Assembly: GCA_964348465.1 (NCBI GenBank)
Contig: CAYGCW010000001.1
Coordinates: 14,336-49,075, forward strand
Reading direction: 5' to 3'
From: an uncultured Acidimicrobiia bacterium
GTDB taxonomy: Bacteria; Actinomycetota; Acidimicrobiia; Spongiisociales; JAOTWH01
Length of the DNA stretch: 34,740 nucleotides
The position numbers and the translations under genes are program-made. Below, piece after piece: positions 1-8,791 of this stretch; position 1 is the stretch's first letter, and each line of letters begins with the position of its first letter. The notes under the pieces are model-generated. The model searched no databases, had not been told where the DNA came from, and saw nothing but the letters and a program-made list of their open reading frames with translations.

Positions 1-721
1 AGCCAAGGTCGCCCAGGACGGCCTGATCCTCACCGAAAGCCAGCTCACGGCGCTGGAAAAGGCCAAGGCCGACAAAGAGGCCCTCACCGCCGCCGCTCAC
101 AGACCCGGCGCCGATCGACCCCCCGAGGGCCGGCCGCATCGGCTCGGTCAGGAGTCGGGCGCCGGCGGCCGCGGCCAGTGCCACTGCGGCAACGACTCCG
201 GCCGGCGGCCGCCTCCGGCGCAGGGCCGCCACGGCCGCGGCCGCCATGACGAGCAGCAGGGCCGCATAGAGCTCGACCGGGTGGCGGGTCACGGCACTGC
301 CGGGAAGCGCGTATGCCCACGGCAGCTCGCTGGCCGTTCCGAGACACGACTCCCGCAGCAGGCATCCGGCGTGCCATCCGGCCAGTCCGGCGAGGACGGC
401 CGCTGCGGCGGCATCGGCCAGGACGGCGACCTCGCCGCGGGCCAGCACGGCGAAAGCGGCCGCGGCGCCGACCACCGCCCAGACGGTGTCGACCCCGCCG
501 CGCACCACGAGCACGTCGGCCGGGTTGGCCACGGGATTGGTACCCGTGAGGACCATGGCCGCCAGCCGTCCGACGATCAGGCCGGCGATGCCTGCCGTCA
601 GCGCGGTGTCCCACACGCTGCGGGTGCAGTCGGCGGCGTTGCCGCGGCGCGCCTCAACGTACAGCACTGCATACATCGAAGCGATGCCGACGAGGGCCGC
701 TCCGAGGAGCGAGAACTCCAT
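1..721 (-). CDS. Divergent Lgt-family-like polytopic membrane protein (start in window; 3' end unresolved, frame stays open to the window edge)
   Basis: Absent from the ORF track because this frame has no stop before position 1. The ATG at 721..719 shares one nt with the TGA of the upstream TlpA-like gene (TGATG). My translation reads MEFSLLGAALVGIASMYAVLYVEARRGN..VRGGVDTVWAVVG..LAGWHAGCLL..ELPWAYALPG..TRHPVELYAALLL..GARLLTEPMRP. By eye it is collinear with E. coli Lgt blocks WLATRRAN / WDGGMSFHGG / GRLGNF / PRHPSQLYE / FRIIVEFFR. In the last ~35 codons (1..100) third-position GC is poorer than in the antisense frame, so the true 3' end is uncertain. Confidence 0.4.
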   Translation of the reverse strand, partial: MEFSLLGAALVGIASMYAVLYVEARRGNAADCTRSVWDTALTAGIAGLIVGRLAAMVLTGTNPVANPADVLVVRGGVDTVWAVVGAAAAFAVLARGEVAVLADAAAAAVLAGLAGWHAGCLLRESCLGTASELPWAYALPGSAVTRHPVELYAALLLVMAAAAVAALRRRRPPAGVVAAVALAAAAGARLLTEPMRPALGGSIGAGSVSGGGEGLFVGLGLFQRRELAFGEDQAVLGDLG

Positions 722-1209
722 CAACCGCTGCGCAGCAGCTCGTCGATGCGCAGCGCGAGGCTGCGTTCGTCGATCACGCCGGTGTGCAGCGTATCGAGGT
801 CGCCTCCGGGCCGGAAGAAGAACGTCAGCGGCACCCCCCGTCCGCCGAGCGCCGCGGGCACGGCACCGGGCGGGTCGAAGAAGTGCTCGAACGCGCCGAG
901 CCGGAACTCGTCGATGAACTCCGCCGCCGCCCTCTCGGAGTCGCGCACGGCCACCGACACGAAGCGCACCCGGTCGTCGAACTCGCGGGCGGCGGCGCGG
1001 AGGAGAGGGGCCTCGGACCGGCAGGGGATGCACCACGATCCCCACACGTTGAGCACGACCGGCCGCTCGGAGGTGGCGAGCAGGACGCGCATCTGGTCGG
1101 GATCCGTGGGCGCGAGGACGGAGGGCGGGGAGCCGGCCCCGCTCCCGCCGCACGCGGCAGCCGTGATCGCAAGTGCGGCGACCGCCACCAGCAGCCGTGG
1201 GAACAGCAT
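721..1209 (-). CDS. TlpA/ResA-like thiol:disulfide oxidoreductase lipoprotein (thioredoxin fold)
   Basis: 162-aa ORF. It has a lipoprotein signal with lipobox (LAITAAAC) and a WCIPC CxxC active site in a thioredoxin-like context (VVLNVWGSWCIPCRSEAP). Third-position GC is high. Confidence 0.85.
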   Translation of the reverse strand: MLFPRLLVAVAALAITAAACGGSGAGSPPSVLAPTDPDQMRVLLATSERPVVLNVWGSWCIPCRSEAPLLRAAAREFDDRVRFVSVAVRDSERAAAEFIDEFRLGAFEHFFDPPGAVPAALGGRGVPLTFFFRPGGDLDTLHTGVIDERSLALRIDELLRSG

Positions 1210-1276
1210 CCGGCGACTCTACGGGCCGGACGGCCCAACGGGTAGGCTTCGGGCCGGTCTCCGCATCGGGGGAGCG

Positions 1277-4200
1277 ATGGGACGTGCCTGGTCCGGCCTG
1301 CTGAGGCGCCTCGGAAGCCTGGTCGATTGGGCAGCACGATGGGGCAGGCAGCTGCTGGGGGCCATCTCCTCCGTGGTCGCCCGGCGGCTCGCCGGGCTGC
1401 GCCATCGGGCGTGGCGGGTGACCCGCCGAATCGTTGGGCTGCTCGCGGCACCACCCGGGTCTGTGAGCTCGGAGGTGTGCGGCCCGCCTCCGGATCCCGC
1501 CGCCATCCGCCCGGAGTGCCGCCGCTACCCGGGCGTGGCGGCGATCGTGGTCGTCATGCTGGCCGCCTTCGTGGTTCTCCAGCAGCTCGACGCCCTTCTC
1601 GAGGGCATGCGGACCACCGGCGGCCAGGGCTACGGCATGGGACGGGCGCTCCGGGATCTGCCGGGCGCGTTCGACGCCTGGCAGGAGTGGCACGCAGGAA
1701 ACGAGCGGCTGCTGTCCCCGGGGTGGGTGGTGGGCGCGTACGTGCTCGTCGACACGTTCGCATTCGTTCCCACCGTCACCGCGTTGATCGCCTTCGTCCT
1801 GGTCACGATGGTGCGGCGCATGCGGCCCGGGTGGGCTCGCTCCGGCCCCAGGGTCGAAGCCCGCTACCGGGAGCGGCTCGCCGAGATCCGGCGTCGCAAC
1901 GCTGAGACGGTGGCCGCCAACGACGCCGCCCGGCGCGCCTTCGAAGAGGAGAGTGCGCTGCGGCCCGCCGAGGATCGGCGAGGTCCGCCGCCCGCCGTGC
2001 CGCTCATCCCCGAGCCGCCTTCACCCGACGGCCGATCCCTGGCCGCGTACACCGGGCGGTGGGCGAAGACGCTGCGCTGGACGGCGCCGTTGCTGGTGGT
2101 GTTCTTCCTGACGGACGTCGCAGAGAACCTGCTGTTCGGAATCTCCTATGCCGCAGGGTGGACGGGCCTCGGCTCTCCGATCGGAGTCCTGACCTCCGTC
2201 AAGTGGCTCTCGGTGGGCTTCCTGGCCGCAACGGTGGTCTACGTGCGGGTGGCGGCTCAGCCGGCCGAGTCCCGTCTCGACGGCCGCGGCCTGAGCGAAG
2301 ACGCCCGCGCCGTCTTCAGGGGCCTGGTGGCGATGCGGGTGCCGCTGGTCATCTTCCTCTTGGTGGCCGGAGCGCTGGCGCTGGGCCTGCTCGACCAGAT
2401 CCCGGACGCCATCCGGCGCTGGAGCGTCGTGCAGCTGGCGGCGGCCTTCTACTTCGTCGCCGGCCTCTCGGTGGCGCTGTGGATGTTCGGGCTGTGGGTG
2501 TATCGGCGGGTCACCGAGGGCTTCCGGCGTTACGAGGTGGACGCCCCTGCGGCACTCAAGCTGCGCCGCAGGGTCGGGGCGTCGTTCCTGGCGGCAGCCG
2601 CCGGCCAGACCATCGTGTGGGCGGTCCTTCCCGACCGGGTGGGCCTCGGCCTCCTCGTGCCGGCGGCGATCGTGCTTCTCTTCTTCGTGACGTCGGCGGC
2701 GCTGCCGACGCCAGACCCGCCGGAGGATCCGCCGCCGCCGCGCTGGCCGAGACGGATCATTCCGCACTTCCTGCCTCGGTTCCTGGCTGCGGCGGCCGTG
2801 GGCGCCCTGGGCCTGGCGGCGCTGAACGCCGCCATCCCGACGATGGTCGTGAAGCGAGAGCGCGCGGCCACCACCGCCGCCGTGGTCGGCGACATCATCT
2901 TGCCGGTGCTGCTCATCGTCGCAACGGTCGCCACCGGCCTCTTCGCCGTGGTGAGGTCCCTGCGGGTGGATCCGACGGCGCCGGGTCACCATCGGGCGAG
3001 CACGCAGCACGAGCGGAGGCGGGCGTTCACCGTTCTCCTCGCCCTGGCGGTCGTCCCTCCGGTGGCCCTCTGGACAGCCTGGATGACCGGCCTCGGCGAC
3101 GAACTCCGGGATCTCCCTGCCATCTCGGCCAACTGGCTGCTGCTGGCCGCCACGCTGGCGCTGGTCGCCTCGGCGGCGGCCTACTACCTCTACGACGCGG
3201 ACTACTTCCCGTTGCGGTGGGGCGGCGGCTGGTTCGCAGGCCTGAAGGAGTTCGCCTTCGACAAGTCGCGCGGCGGCCTCGATTGGTCGCGGGAGGCCAA
3301 ACAGCTCGGCTCGGTCTCGGCGGTGGTGTATCTCCTCATGGGGCTCTGGTTGGTGTGGAAGCCGCTCGCAGCGGCGCCGCTGCTGGGCACGGTGGGCGTG
3401 GCGAGCCTATGGGTGACCTCGTTCGCCGCCGTCGCTCTCGTCGCCACGATCTTCGCCGAGCGCACCCGCCCGCCCCGGCTCCTGAGCCACCTGGGGGTGA
3501 ACCGGCTCCCGGTCTTCGCGTTGCTGGCCGTCTGGGTTCTCGCTGCCCAGATTCCCGTCCTGCGGGAGCCGACCTACCACGACGTCCGGATCGCAGCCGC
3601 AGGCGACTTGGCGGCCACGGCTGCCGCCCCGTTCGACGCGCACGCCGGGCAAGTCCCGGGGCTGTGCGACGCGGCGCTGCCGTCCGGCCCCAGCCGCATC
3701 GACATGGAGGATGCTCTGTGCCGGTGGCTGGCGGCCAACGACCTGCTCGACGGCCGGCGCCGCGGCGCCGTTCCGATGGTCTTCGTATCGGCGTGGGGCG
3801 GCGGCATCAGGGCGGGGGCGTGGACCGCTTTGGCGATGGACTGCATCTTCGAGCCGGACGGCTACGTGGAGGCCCCGGCGACCGTCGACGGCACCGCGGT
3901 CGATCTCTGCCGGCGCAACGGCGCCCTGGGCGGCGACCCGTACGAGTTCAGCGACTCGCTGTTCGCCCTCTCGGGGATCTCCGGCGGCTCTCTCGGTTTC
4001 GCCGAGTACGCCGCCTACCTCAGCGGCAAGGAGCACCACGAGATCGCCCCGAAGTGGGTGCGGGCGGCCTTCGGCGCCGACTTCCTGGCTCCCACCGTCA
4101 GCCAGCTCCTCTTCGTCGACGTGCCGCTGAGTCTGTTCGGCTACGTCGACGGGCCCGACGACCGGGCCATTGTGACCGAGCGGGCCTGGGAAGCGGCGTG

Positions 4201-5146
4201 GGCCGGCTCCGGTGCCGATGGCCTGCTCAGACAGGGACTGTTCCGATCCTGGCGGGACAACCGTCACGTGCCGCTGCTGGTCCTCAACGGGACCAGTCAC
4301 ACCGATGCGTGCCGTTTCAACGCGTCGGTCCTCGACGCCGGCGTCGAGGTGGTCGTGGAGGACGACGGCGGCAAGTACATATTCGACGACTGCACGTCGC
4401 TGGACGCTTTCGAGGCGGACTACCGGCCGGCGCCGACCACGCTCGCCGTGCCGCGGGGCGCCTGGGCGCTGGCGCAGACCCGCGATCTCGTCGACTTCCT
4501 GTGCGAGGACCAGGATGTTCGGCTGTCCACGGCGGCGCTGCTCTCGGCGCGGTTTCCGGCAGTCAGCCCGCCGGGTCGGATCGACCGCTGCGCCGGGTCG
4601 GCGCTGCGGCCACCACAAGGAGAGCAGGCCTACGTGACTGATGGAGGCAACCTGGAGCTGTCGGGCACGCTGACCGCGTTTCAGCTCTGGGACGCGGTGG
4701 CGCCGATGATCGAGACGTACAACCGGCATGCGGCAGGTTCGGCGTGCATCGTGCCGTTCATGATCCACCTCGAGAACGGGTACCGGCCACCGGGTGCGCA
4801 GAGCCTCGACCCGTCCCTGCCGAACGAGTGGCTGGCGCCGGCGCGGAGCGACGCCCGGGACGGCCTCGTCAAGAATGCCCGCATCAACGCCGCGCTGCCA
4901 TTCGACGACCCGCTCGGTCTCCCCGGCGGGACCGTGACCGTGGGCGAGGACAAGCCGCGCGAGTTCCGGTACTCGGTCGACCAATACGCGTTCCTCACCA
5001 CCCGCGCCCACCCGGGGGTCCAGGCGCCGTTCGGATGGGCGCTGTCGGAGCAGGCGATCGAGGACCTGGAGAATCAGCTCCTCGAGAACGCCGCGCAGCT
5101 CGCCGAGATAGGGGCCTGGTTCTCCGGCGGCCTCAGCTGCGGCTGA
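1277..5146 (+). CDS. Large polytopic membrane protein with C-terminal patatin-like phospholipase domain
   Basis: This is the in-frame part of track ORF 281..5146. The ORF's 5' part overlaps the TlpA-like gene, so I chose the ATG at 1277 (MGRAWSGLL..), giving 1289 aa. About 770 aa carry many hydrophobic helices. These are followed by patatin blocks: GGGIRAG (3797..3817), nucleophile elbow GISGG (3974..3988), LSARFPAVSPP, and DGG-N (4640..4651). Confidence 0.7.
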   Translation: MGRAWSGLLRRLGSLVDWAARWGRQLLGAISSVVARRLAGLRHRAWRVTRRIVGLLAAPPGSVSSEVCGPPPDPAAIRPECRRYPGVAAIVVVMLAAFVVLQQLDALLEGMRTTGGQGYGMGRALRDLPGAFDAWQEWHAGNERLLSPGWVVGAYVLVDTFAFVPTVTALIAFVLVTMVRRMRPGWARSGPRVEARYRERLAEIRRRNAETVAANDAARRAFEEESALRPAEDRRGPPPAVPLIPEPPSPDGRSLAAYTGRWAKTLRWTAPLLVVFFLTDVAENLLFGISYAAGWTGLGSPIGVLTSVKWLSVGFLAATVVYVRVAAQPAESRLDGRGLSEDARAVFRGLVAMRVPLVIFLLVAGALALGLLDQIPDAIRRWSVVQLAAAFYFVAGLSVALWMFGLWVYRRVTEGFRRYEVDAPAALKLRRRVGASFLAAAAGQTIVWAVLPDRVGLGLLVPAAIVLLFFVTSAALPTPDPPEDPPPPRWPRRIIPHFLPRFLAAAAVGALGLAALNAAIPTMVVKRERAATTAAVVGDIILPVLLIVATVATGLFAVVRSLRVDPTAPGHHRASTQHERRRAFTVLLALAVVPPVALWTAWMTGLGDELRDLPAISANWLLLAATLALVASAAAYYLYDADYFPLRWGGGWFAGLKEFAFDKSRGGLDWSREAKQLGSVSAVVYLLMGLWLVWKPLAAAPLLGTVGVASLWVTSFAAVALVATIFAERTRPPRLLSHLGVNRLPVFALLAVWVLAAQIPVLREPTYHDVRIAAAGDLAATAAAPFDAHAGQVPGLCDAALPSGPSRIDMEDALCRWLAANDLLDGRRRGAVPMVFVSAWGGGIRAGAWTALAMDCIFEPDGYVEAPATVDGTAVDLCRRNGALGGDPYEFSDSLFALSGISGGSLGFAEYAAYLSGKEHHEIAPKWVRAAFGADFLAPTVSQLLFVDVPLSLFGYVDGPDDRAIVTERAWEAAWAGSGADGLLRQGLFRSWRDNRHVPLLVLNGTSHTDACRFNASVLDAGVEVVVEDDGGKYIFDDCTSLDAFEADYRPAPTTLAVPRGAWALAQTRDLVDFLCEDQDVRLSTAALLSARFPAVSPPGRIDRCAGSALRPPQGEQAYVTDGGNLELSGTLTAFQLWDAVAPMIETYNRHAAGSACIVPFMIHLENGYRPPGAQSLDPSLPNEWLAPARSDARDGLVKNARINAALPFDDPLGLPGGTVTVGEDKPREFRYSVDQYAFLTTRAHPGVQAPFGWALSEQAIEDLENQLLENAAQLAEIGAWFSGGLSCG

Positions 5147-5780
5147 CCGGGCCGGCGGACCCGGCCCGGCGGCCGAGCTCGCCGAGCACCGCAGCCGGCT
5201 CGATGGCGCGCTCGGCGAGCAGCACCAGCAGGTGGTAGACGAGGTCGGCGGCCTCGCCGGCGACCCGGTCGGCGGGCTCGCCGCCCGCGGCGTGGTTCTT
5301 GGCGGACAGCACCACCTCGGCGGCCTCCTCGATGAGCTTGCGAGCGGCGGCGTCGACGCCGCCGTCGATCAGCTCTGCGGTGTAGCTGCCTGCGGGGCGC
5401 TCCGCCGCCCGGCTGCGGATCGTGTCCCAGAGCGGCTCGAGCCGGGCGAAGCCCTGGCCGCGGACCTCGTCCGGACGGCCGAAGCAGGAGACCCTTCCGG
5501 TGTGGCAGGTCGGGCCGGCGGGCCGGGCAGTGATCAGCACGGCGTCGCCGTCGCAGTCGGCTGCCATGTCGACGACCTCGAGGGTGTTGCCGCTGGTGGC
5601 GCCCTTGCGCCACAGCTCCTGGCGGGACCGGGACCAGAAATGCACCTGTCGCGTCTCGATGGTGGCGGCCACCGCCTCCCGATCGAGATAGCCGAGCATG
5701 AGGACCCGGCCCGTGACCCAGTCCTGGACCACGGCGGGCACGAGGCCCCCGGCTCCGTATGAGAGGTCGTCGGGCGTCAT
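5133..5780 (-). CDS. hisIE: Bifunctional phosphoribosyl-AMP cyclohydrolase / phosphoribosyl-ATP pyrophosphatase
   Basis: 215 aa starting at internal ATG 5780 of track ORF 5133..6521 ([20 protein letters not shown]..). HisI motifs are HFWSRSR..LW.KG.TSGN and C.GD..L..A.P.GP.CHTG. The HisE-like tail reads YTAELI..G......KL.EEA.E. ATGA overlap with the hisF stop. Confidence 0.92.
   Translation of the reverse strand: MTPDDLSYGAGGLVPAVVQDWVTGRVLMLGYLDREAVAATIETRQVHFWSRSRQELWRKGATSGNTLEVVDMAADCDGDAVLITARPAGPTCHTGRVSCFGRPDEVRGQGFARLEPLWDTIRSRAAERPAGSYTAELIDGGVDAAARKLIEEAAEVVLSAKNHAAGGEPADRVAGEAADLVYHLLVLLAERAIEPAAVLGELGRRAGSAGPVSRS
5147..5169. terminator. 9-bp GC hairpin immediately after the patatin-gene stop, inside the 3' end of convergent hisIE
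   Basis: CCGGGCCGG-cggac-CCGGCCCGG. The two convergent CDSs overlap by 14 nt (5133..5146). Confidence 0.3.
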
Positions 5781-6544
5781 GAGGGTTCCAGCCGCACCGG
5801 GAGACCGGCGGCGGCCAGGCCTTCCTTGAGCGAGGCGATGGAGACCTCGGAGCGGTGGAAGATCGACGCGGCCAGCACGGCGTCCGCCCGGCCGTCCTGG
5901 AGCGCCGCGACGCAGTCGGCCACCGTGCCGGCCCCCCCGGAGGCGATCACGGGAACGGTGACCGCGCCGGACACCGCCGCCAGCAGCGTGGTGTCGTACC
6001 CGTCCTTGGTGCCGTCGCGGTCCATCGACGTGAGCAGGATCTCGCCTGCCCCGAGCGCGGTGCCGCGCCGGGCCCACTCCACGGCATCCAGCCCGGTGGG
6101 CGTGCGACCGCCGTTGACGACCACCTCCCATGAACCGGTGCCGTCGGAGCGGGCGTCGACGGCGAGGACCACGCACTGGGTGCCGAACGCCGCTGCGCAG
6201 CGCGCGATGAGGTCCGGGTCCCTGACAGCGGCGGTGTTCAGCGAGACCTTGTCGGCTCCCGCCCGCAGGACCGCCCGCATGTCGTCGACGCTGCGGACTC
6301 CGCCCCCGACGGTGAGCGGCACGAACACCTGGGAGGCGGTGCGGCGGACGACGTCGAGCATCGTGTCTCGTCCCTCGGGGGAGGCGCCGATGTCCAGGAA
6401 GACGATTTCGTCGGCACCTTCGGCGGCGTAGCGACGCGCCAGTTCGACGGGGTCGCCCTCGTCGACGAGGTCCACGAACCGCACGCCCTTGACGACCCGG
6501 CCGGCGGTGACGTCGAGGCACGGAATCACGCGTTTGCGCAGCAT
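5777..6544 (-). CDS. hisF: Imidazole glycerol phosphate synthase cyclase subunit
   Basis: 255 aa from ATG 6544 ([12 protein letters not shown].. GRVVKGV.F). Typical HisF blocks are [13 protein letters not shown] and [15 protein letters not shown]. The start shares one nt with the hisH stop. Confidence 0.93.
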   Translation of the reverse strand: MLRKRVIPCLDVTAGRVVKGVRFVDLVDEGDPVELARRYAAEGADEIVFLDIGASPEGRDTMLDVVRRTASQVFVPLTVGGGVRSVDDMRAVLRAGADKVSLNTAAVRDPDLIARCAAAFGTQCVVLAVDARSDGTGSWEVVVNGGRTPTGLDAVEWARRGTALGAGEILLTSMDRDGTKDGYDTTLLAAVSGAVTVPVIASGGAGTVADCVAALQDGRADAVLAASIFHRSEVSIASLKEGLAAAGLPVRLEPS

Positions 6545-7161
6545 CAGGCCACTCCCACCGGCTCGCGGCACAGGGCCACGAAATTGGCGAGCACGGCGAG
6601 GCCGGCGCGGCCGCTCCGCTCGGGGTGGAACTGCACGCCTACCAAGTTGCCTGACCGCACGGCCGCCGTGAAGTCGGTGCCGTGGTGGGCCCTGCCCAGC
6701 ACGACGGCAGGATCGACGGGGTCCGGGGCGAAGCTGTGGACGAAGTAGAACGGGGTGCCGTCGGGGATGCCTGCGAAGAGGGGGTCTGGGCGGGTCATCT
6801 CGACGTCGTTCCAGCCGATGTGGGGGAGGCGGGGGGCGGCTGCGAGCTTGCGAACCCGGCCGGGAATGAAGCCCAGGCAGGGCTCGGAGTCCTCGTCGCT
6901 GCCGTCGAAGAAGAGCTGCAGCCCCACGCAGATCCCGAGCAGGGGCACGTCGAGGGCGGCGAGAGGCTCGGGAAAGCCGGCCGTGGTCAGCCGGGCCATC
7001 GCGGCCCCCGTGGCACCCACGCCGGGCAGGACGACACCGTGGGCCCCGGCGAGACCCTCCGGCGTCTCCGCCACGGCCACGTCGGCGCCGGCCGCCGCCA
7101 GCCCTTGCGCCACCGACACGAGGTTCCCGGCGCCATGATCGATCACCACCACGCGGGTCAT
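6544..7161 (-). CDS. hisH: Imidazole glycerol phosphate synthase glutamine amidotransferase subunit
   Basis: 205 aa, [17 protein letters not shown].. Class-I GATase triad context is present (GICVGLQ nucleophile Cys, VQFHPERS). Confidence 0.93.
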   Translation of the reverse strand: MTRVVVIDHGAGNLVSVAQGLAAAGADVAVAETPEGLAGAHGVVLPGVGATGAAMARLTTAGFPEPLAALDVPLLGICVGLQLFFDGSDEDSEPCLGFIPGRVRKLAAAPRLPHIGWNDVEMTRPDPLFAGIPDGTPFYFVHSFAPDPVDPAVVLGRAHHGTDFTAAVRSGNLVGVQFHPERSGRAGLAVLANFVALCREPVGVA

Positions 7162-7742
7162 GCCGTCCCTTTCGTGGACGGCACGCCCGCCCGGCGCGGG
7201 TCGGGGGCGACGGCGGCGCGCAGCGCGCGGGCGAGGGCCTTGAAGGCCGCCTCGGCCACGTGGTGGTCGTTGCGGCCCGTTGCCTCGACGTGCAGCGTTA
7301 TCCCGGCGGACCTCGCCAGCGCCTCGAGTGCGTGCGGGATCATCTGGGTGGAGAGGGTGCCGATGCGGTCGCCGCGGAACTCCATGGCGATCACTGCGTA
7401 GGGTCGCCCGCCGGCATCCACGACGACCCTGGCGACGGCTTCGTCCATGGGAACGGCGGCGTCGCCGAAGCGCTGGATGCCGGCCCGCTGGCCGAGGGCG
7501 TCGGCCACCGCCGCGCCCAGCACGAGCGCCGTGTCCTCGACGGTGTGGTGGTCGTCGACCTGGAGGTCGCCGGTGGTGGCCACCGTCAGGTCGAACAGGG
7601 CGTGATGGGCGAGGGAGGTCAGCAGGTGGTCGAAGAACCCCACTCCGGTGGCGACGTCGGCCCGCCCGGTCCCGTCGAGGTCGACCGTCAGCCGCACCTC
7701 GGTCTCGGCGGTCTTGCGGTGCTGCTCGGACGTGCGGCTCAT
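7158..7742 (-). CDS. hisB: Imidazoleglycerol-phosphate dehydratase (monofunctional)
   Basis: 194 aa from internal ATG 7742 of track ORF 7158..8768 ([24 protein letters not shown].. GFFDHLL.. DDHHTVED.. GRNDHH). ATGA overlaps at both ends. Confidence 0.93.
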   Translation of the reverse strand: MSRTSEQHRKTAETEVRLTVDLDGTGRADVATGVGFFDHLLTSLAHHALFDLTVATTGDLQVDDHHTVEDTALVLGAAVADALGQRAGIQRFGDAAVPMDEAVARVVVDAGGRPYAVIAMEFRGDRIGTLSTQMIPHALEALARSAGITLHVEATGRNDHHVAEAAFKALARALRAAVAPDPRRAGVPSTKGTA

Positions 7743-8791
7743 GTCAGGTTCCTTTCCAGGGCTGCGACGAGGCGGTCGTCCTCGTCGGGGCTGCGCACCG
7801 TGAAGCGCAGGTACTCGGCGAGCGGCCCGGTCGCGAACGAGCGCACGACGAGACCCTCGGCCATGAGGCGAGCCTCGACCTCGGCGGCGCCGGCACCGAC
7901 CTCGCACAGCAGGAAGTTGGTCTCGGAAGGCAGGACCCGCAGGCCCAGGTCGGCCAGGCGCGTGGCGAGCCGGGCTCGCTCCGCGACGACCTGATCGACG
8001 GGCAGGCCGGGGAGGTCGGGGTCCTGGAGCGCTCGGACGGCCAGCGCGGCCGATACGGTGGAGATGCTGCCCGGGGGGCGGACGCCGTGGAGGCGAGCGG
8101 CCAGCTCGGGGCTGGAGAGCGAGTAGCCGACGCGGATGCCGCCCAGGCCGAAGCCCTTGGACAGAGTGTGCAGCACGACGAGGTTGGCGTGCCGCTCGAG
8201 CCACGGTGCCCAGCGGTCGGCGATGAACTCGGCGTAGGCGGCGTCGACGACCGCAACGCCCCGGGTGGCGGTGATCAGGACGTGGAGGTCGTCGTCGAGA
8301 TCGCGGCGGCCCGACGGGTTGTGGGGCTGGCACAGCCACAGGACGTCGGCGGTCGCGGCCAGCGCCTCCAGCTCGGCTACGGGCAACTCGAAGTCGGGAG
8401 CTCGCCGTTCCACCGTGCGGTACTCGGCGTCCCGGTGCAGGCTGGCTATCCGGTACAGCGTGTAGGTGGGGGAGTCGGCAACGGCGGTGGCTCCGGGTTC
8501 GAGGAAGGCGGCGGCGGCGAGGATGATCAACTCGTCGGCGCCGGCGCCGGGCACCACCTGCTCGGGCCGTACGCCGGCGCGGGCCGCGGCGGCTTCCCGC
8601 AGCGGCGTGTAGTCGGCGGCCGGGTATTCGTTGAGGCCTCCGGCGGCGCGGCCGGCCACGCTCGGGGCCCAGTCCGGCGGATAGGGCGACGTGTTGTGGT
8701 CGAAGCGGACGACGTCCTCCTCGGGGATCCCGGCCCGGCGGGCGATCTCCGCCGTGCTGGGCTGCCACTGGTAGACCGGAACCCCGGTCAC
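7739..8791 (-). CDS. hisC: Histidinol-phosphate aminotransferase
   Basis: 350 aa from GTG 8791 (VTGVPVYQWQPS..), which overlaps the hisD stop (GTGA). Class-II aminotransferase features include a PLP-lysine context (HTLSKGFGLGGIRVGY), NEYP and PHNPSG. Confidence 0.9.
   Translation of the reverse strand: MTGVPVYQWQPSTAEIARRAGIPEEDVVRFDHNTSPYPPDWAPSVAGRAAGGLNEYPAADYTPLREAAAARAGVRPEQVVPGAGADELIILAAAAFLEPGATAVADSPTYTLYRIASLHRDAEYRTVERRAPDFELPVAELEALAATADVLWLCQPHNPSGRRDLDDDLHVLITATRGVAVVDAAYAEFIADRWAPWLERHANLVVLHTLSKGFGLGGIRVGYSLSSPELAARLHGVRPPGSISTVSAALAVRALQDPDLPGLPVDQVVAERARLATRLADLGLRVLPSETNFLLCEVGAGAAEVEARLMAEGLVVRSFATGPLAEYLRFTVRSPDEDDRLVAALERNLT

Noticed and set aside
1-110. 3' end of a + strand gene entering from the left (AKVAQDGLILTESQLTALEKAKADKEALTAAA..)
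   Set aside because: Third-position GC looks good, but this frame has no stop codon until 5146 and would run through two well-supported minus-strand genes. I left it as an unresolved oddity under the Lgt-like finding.
2059-4641. 860-aa + strand ORF, plus the 534-aa ORF at 3407..5011 (-) and the 329-aa ORF at 2021..3010 (-)
   Set aside because: All are alternative or antisense frames inside the patatin-like gene. Their products are Arg/Gly/Pro-rich low-complexity sequences typical of off-frame ORFs in high-GC DNA, and they contain no motifs.
5781-6521. N-terminal extensions offered by the ORF track for hisIE, hisF, hisB, hisC, hisD, hisG, DUF4255, M28, PPOX and both SPOUT genes
   Set aside because: The extensions run through the preceding gene in another frame and are Arg-rich. 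Internal ATG/GTG starts that overlap the upstream stop give proteins of canonical length starting at conserved N-terminal motifs.
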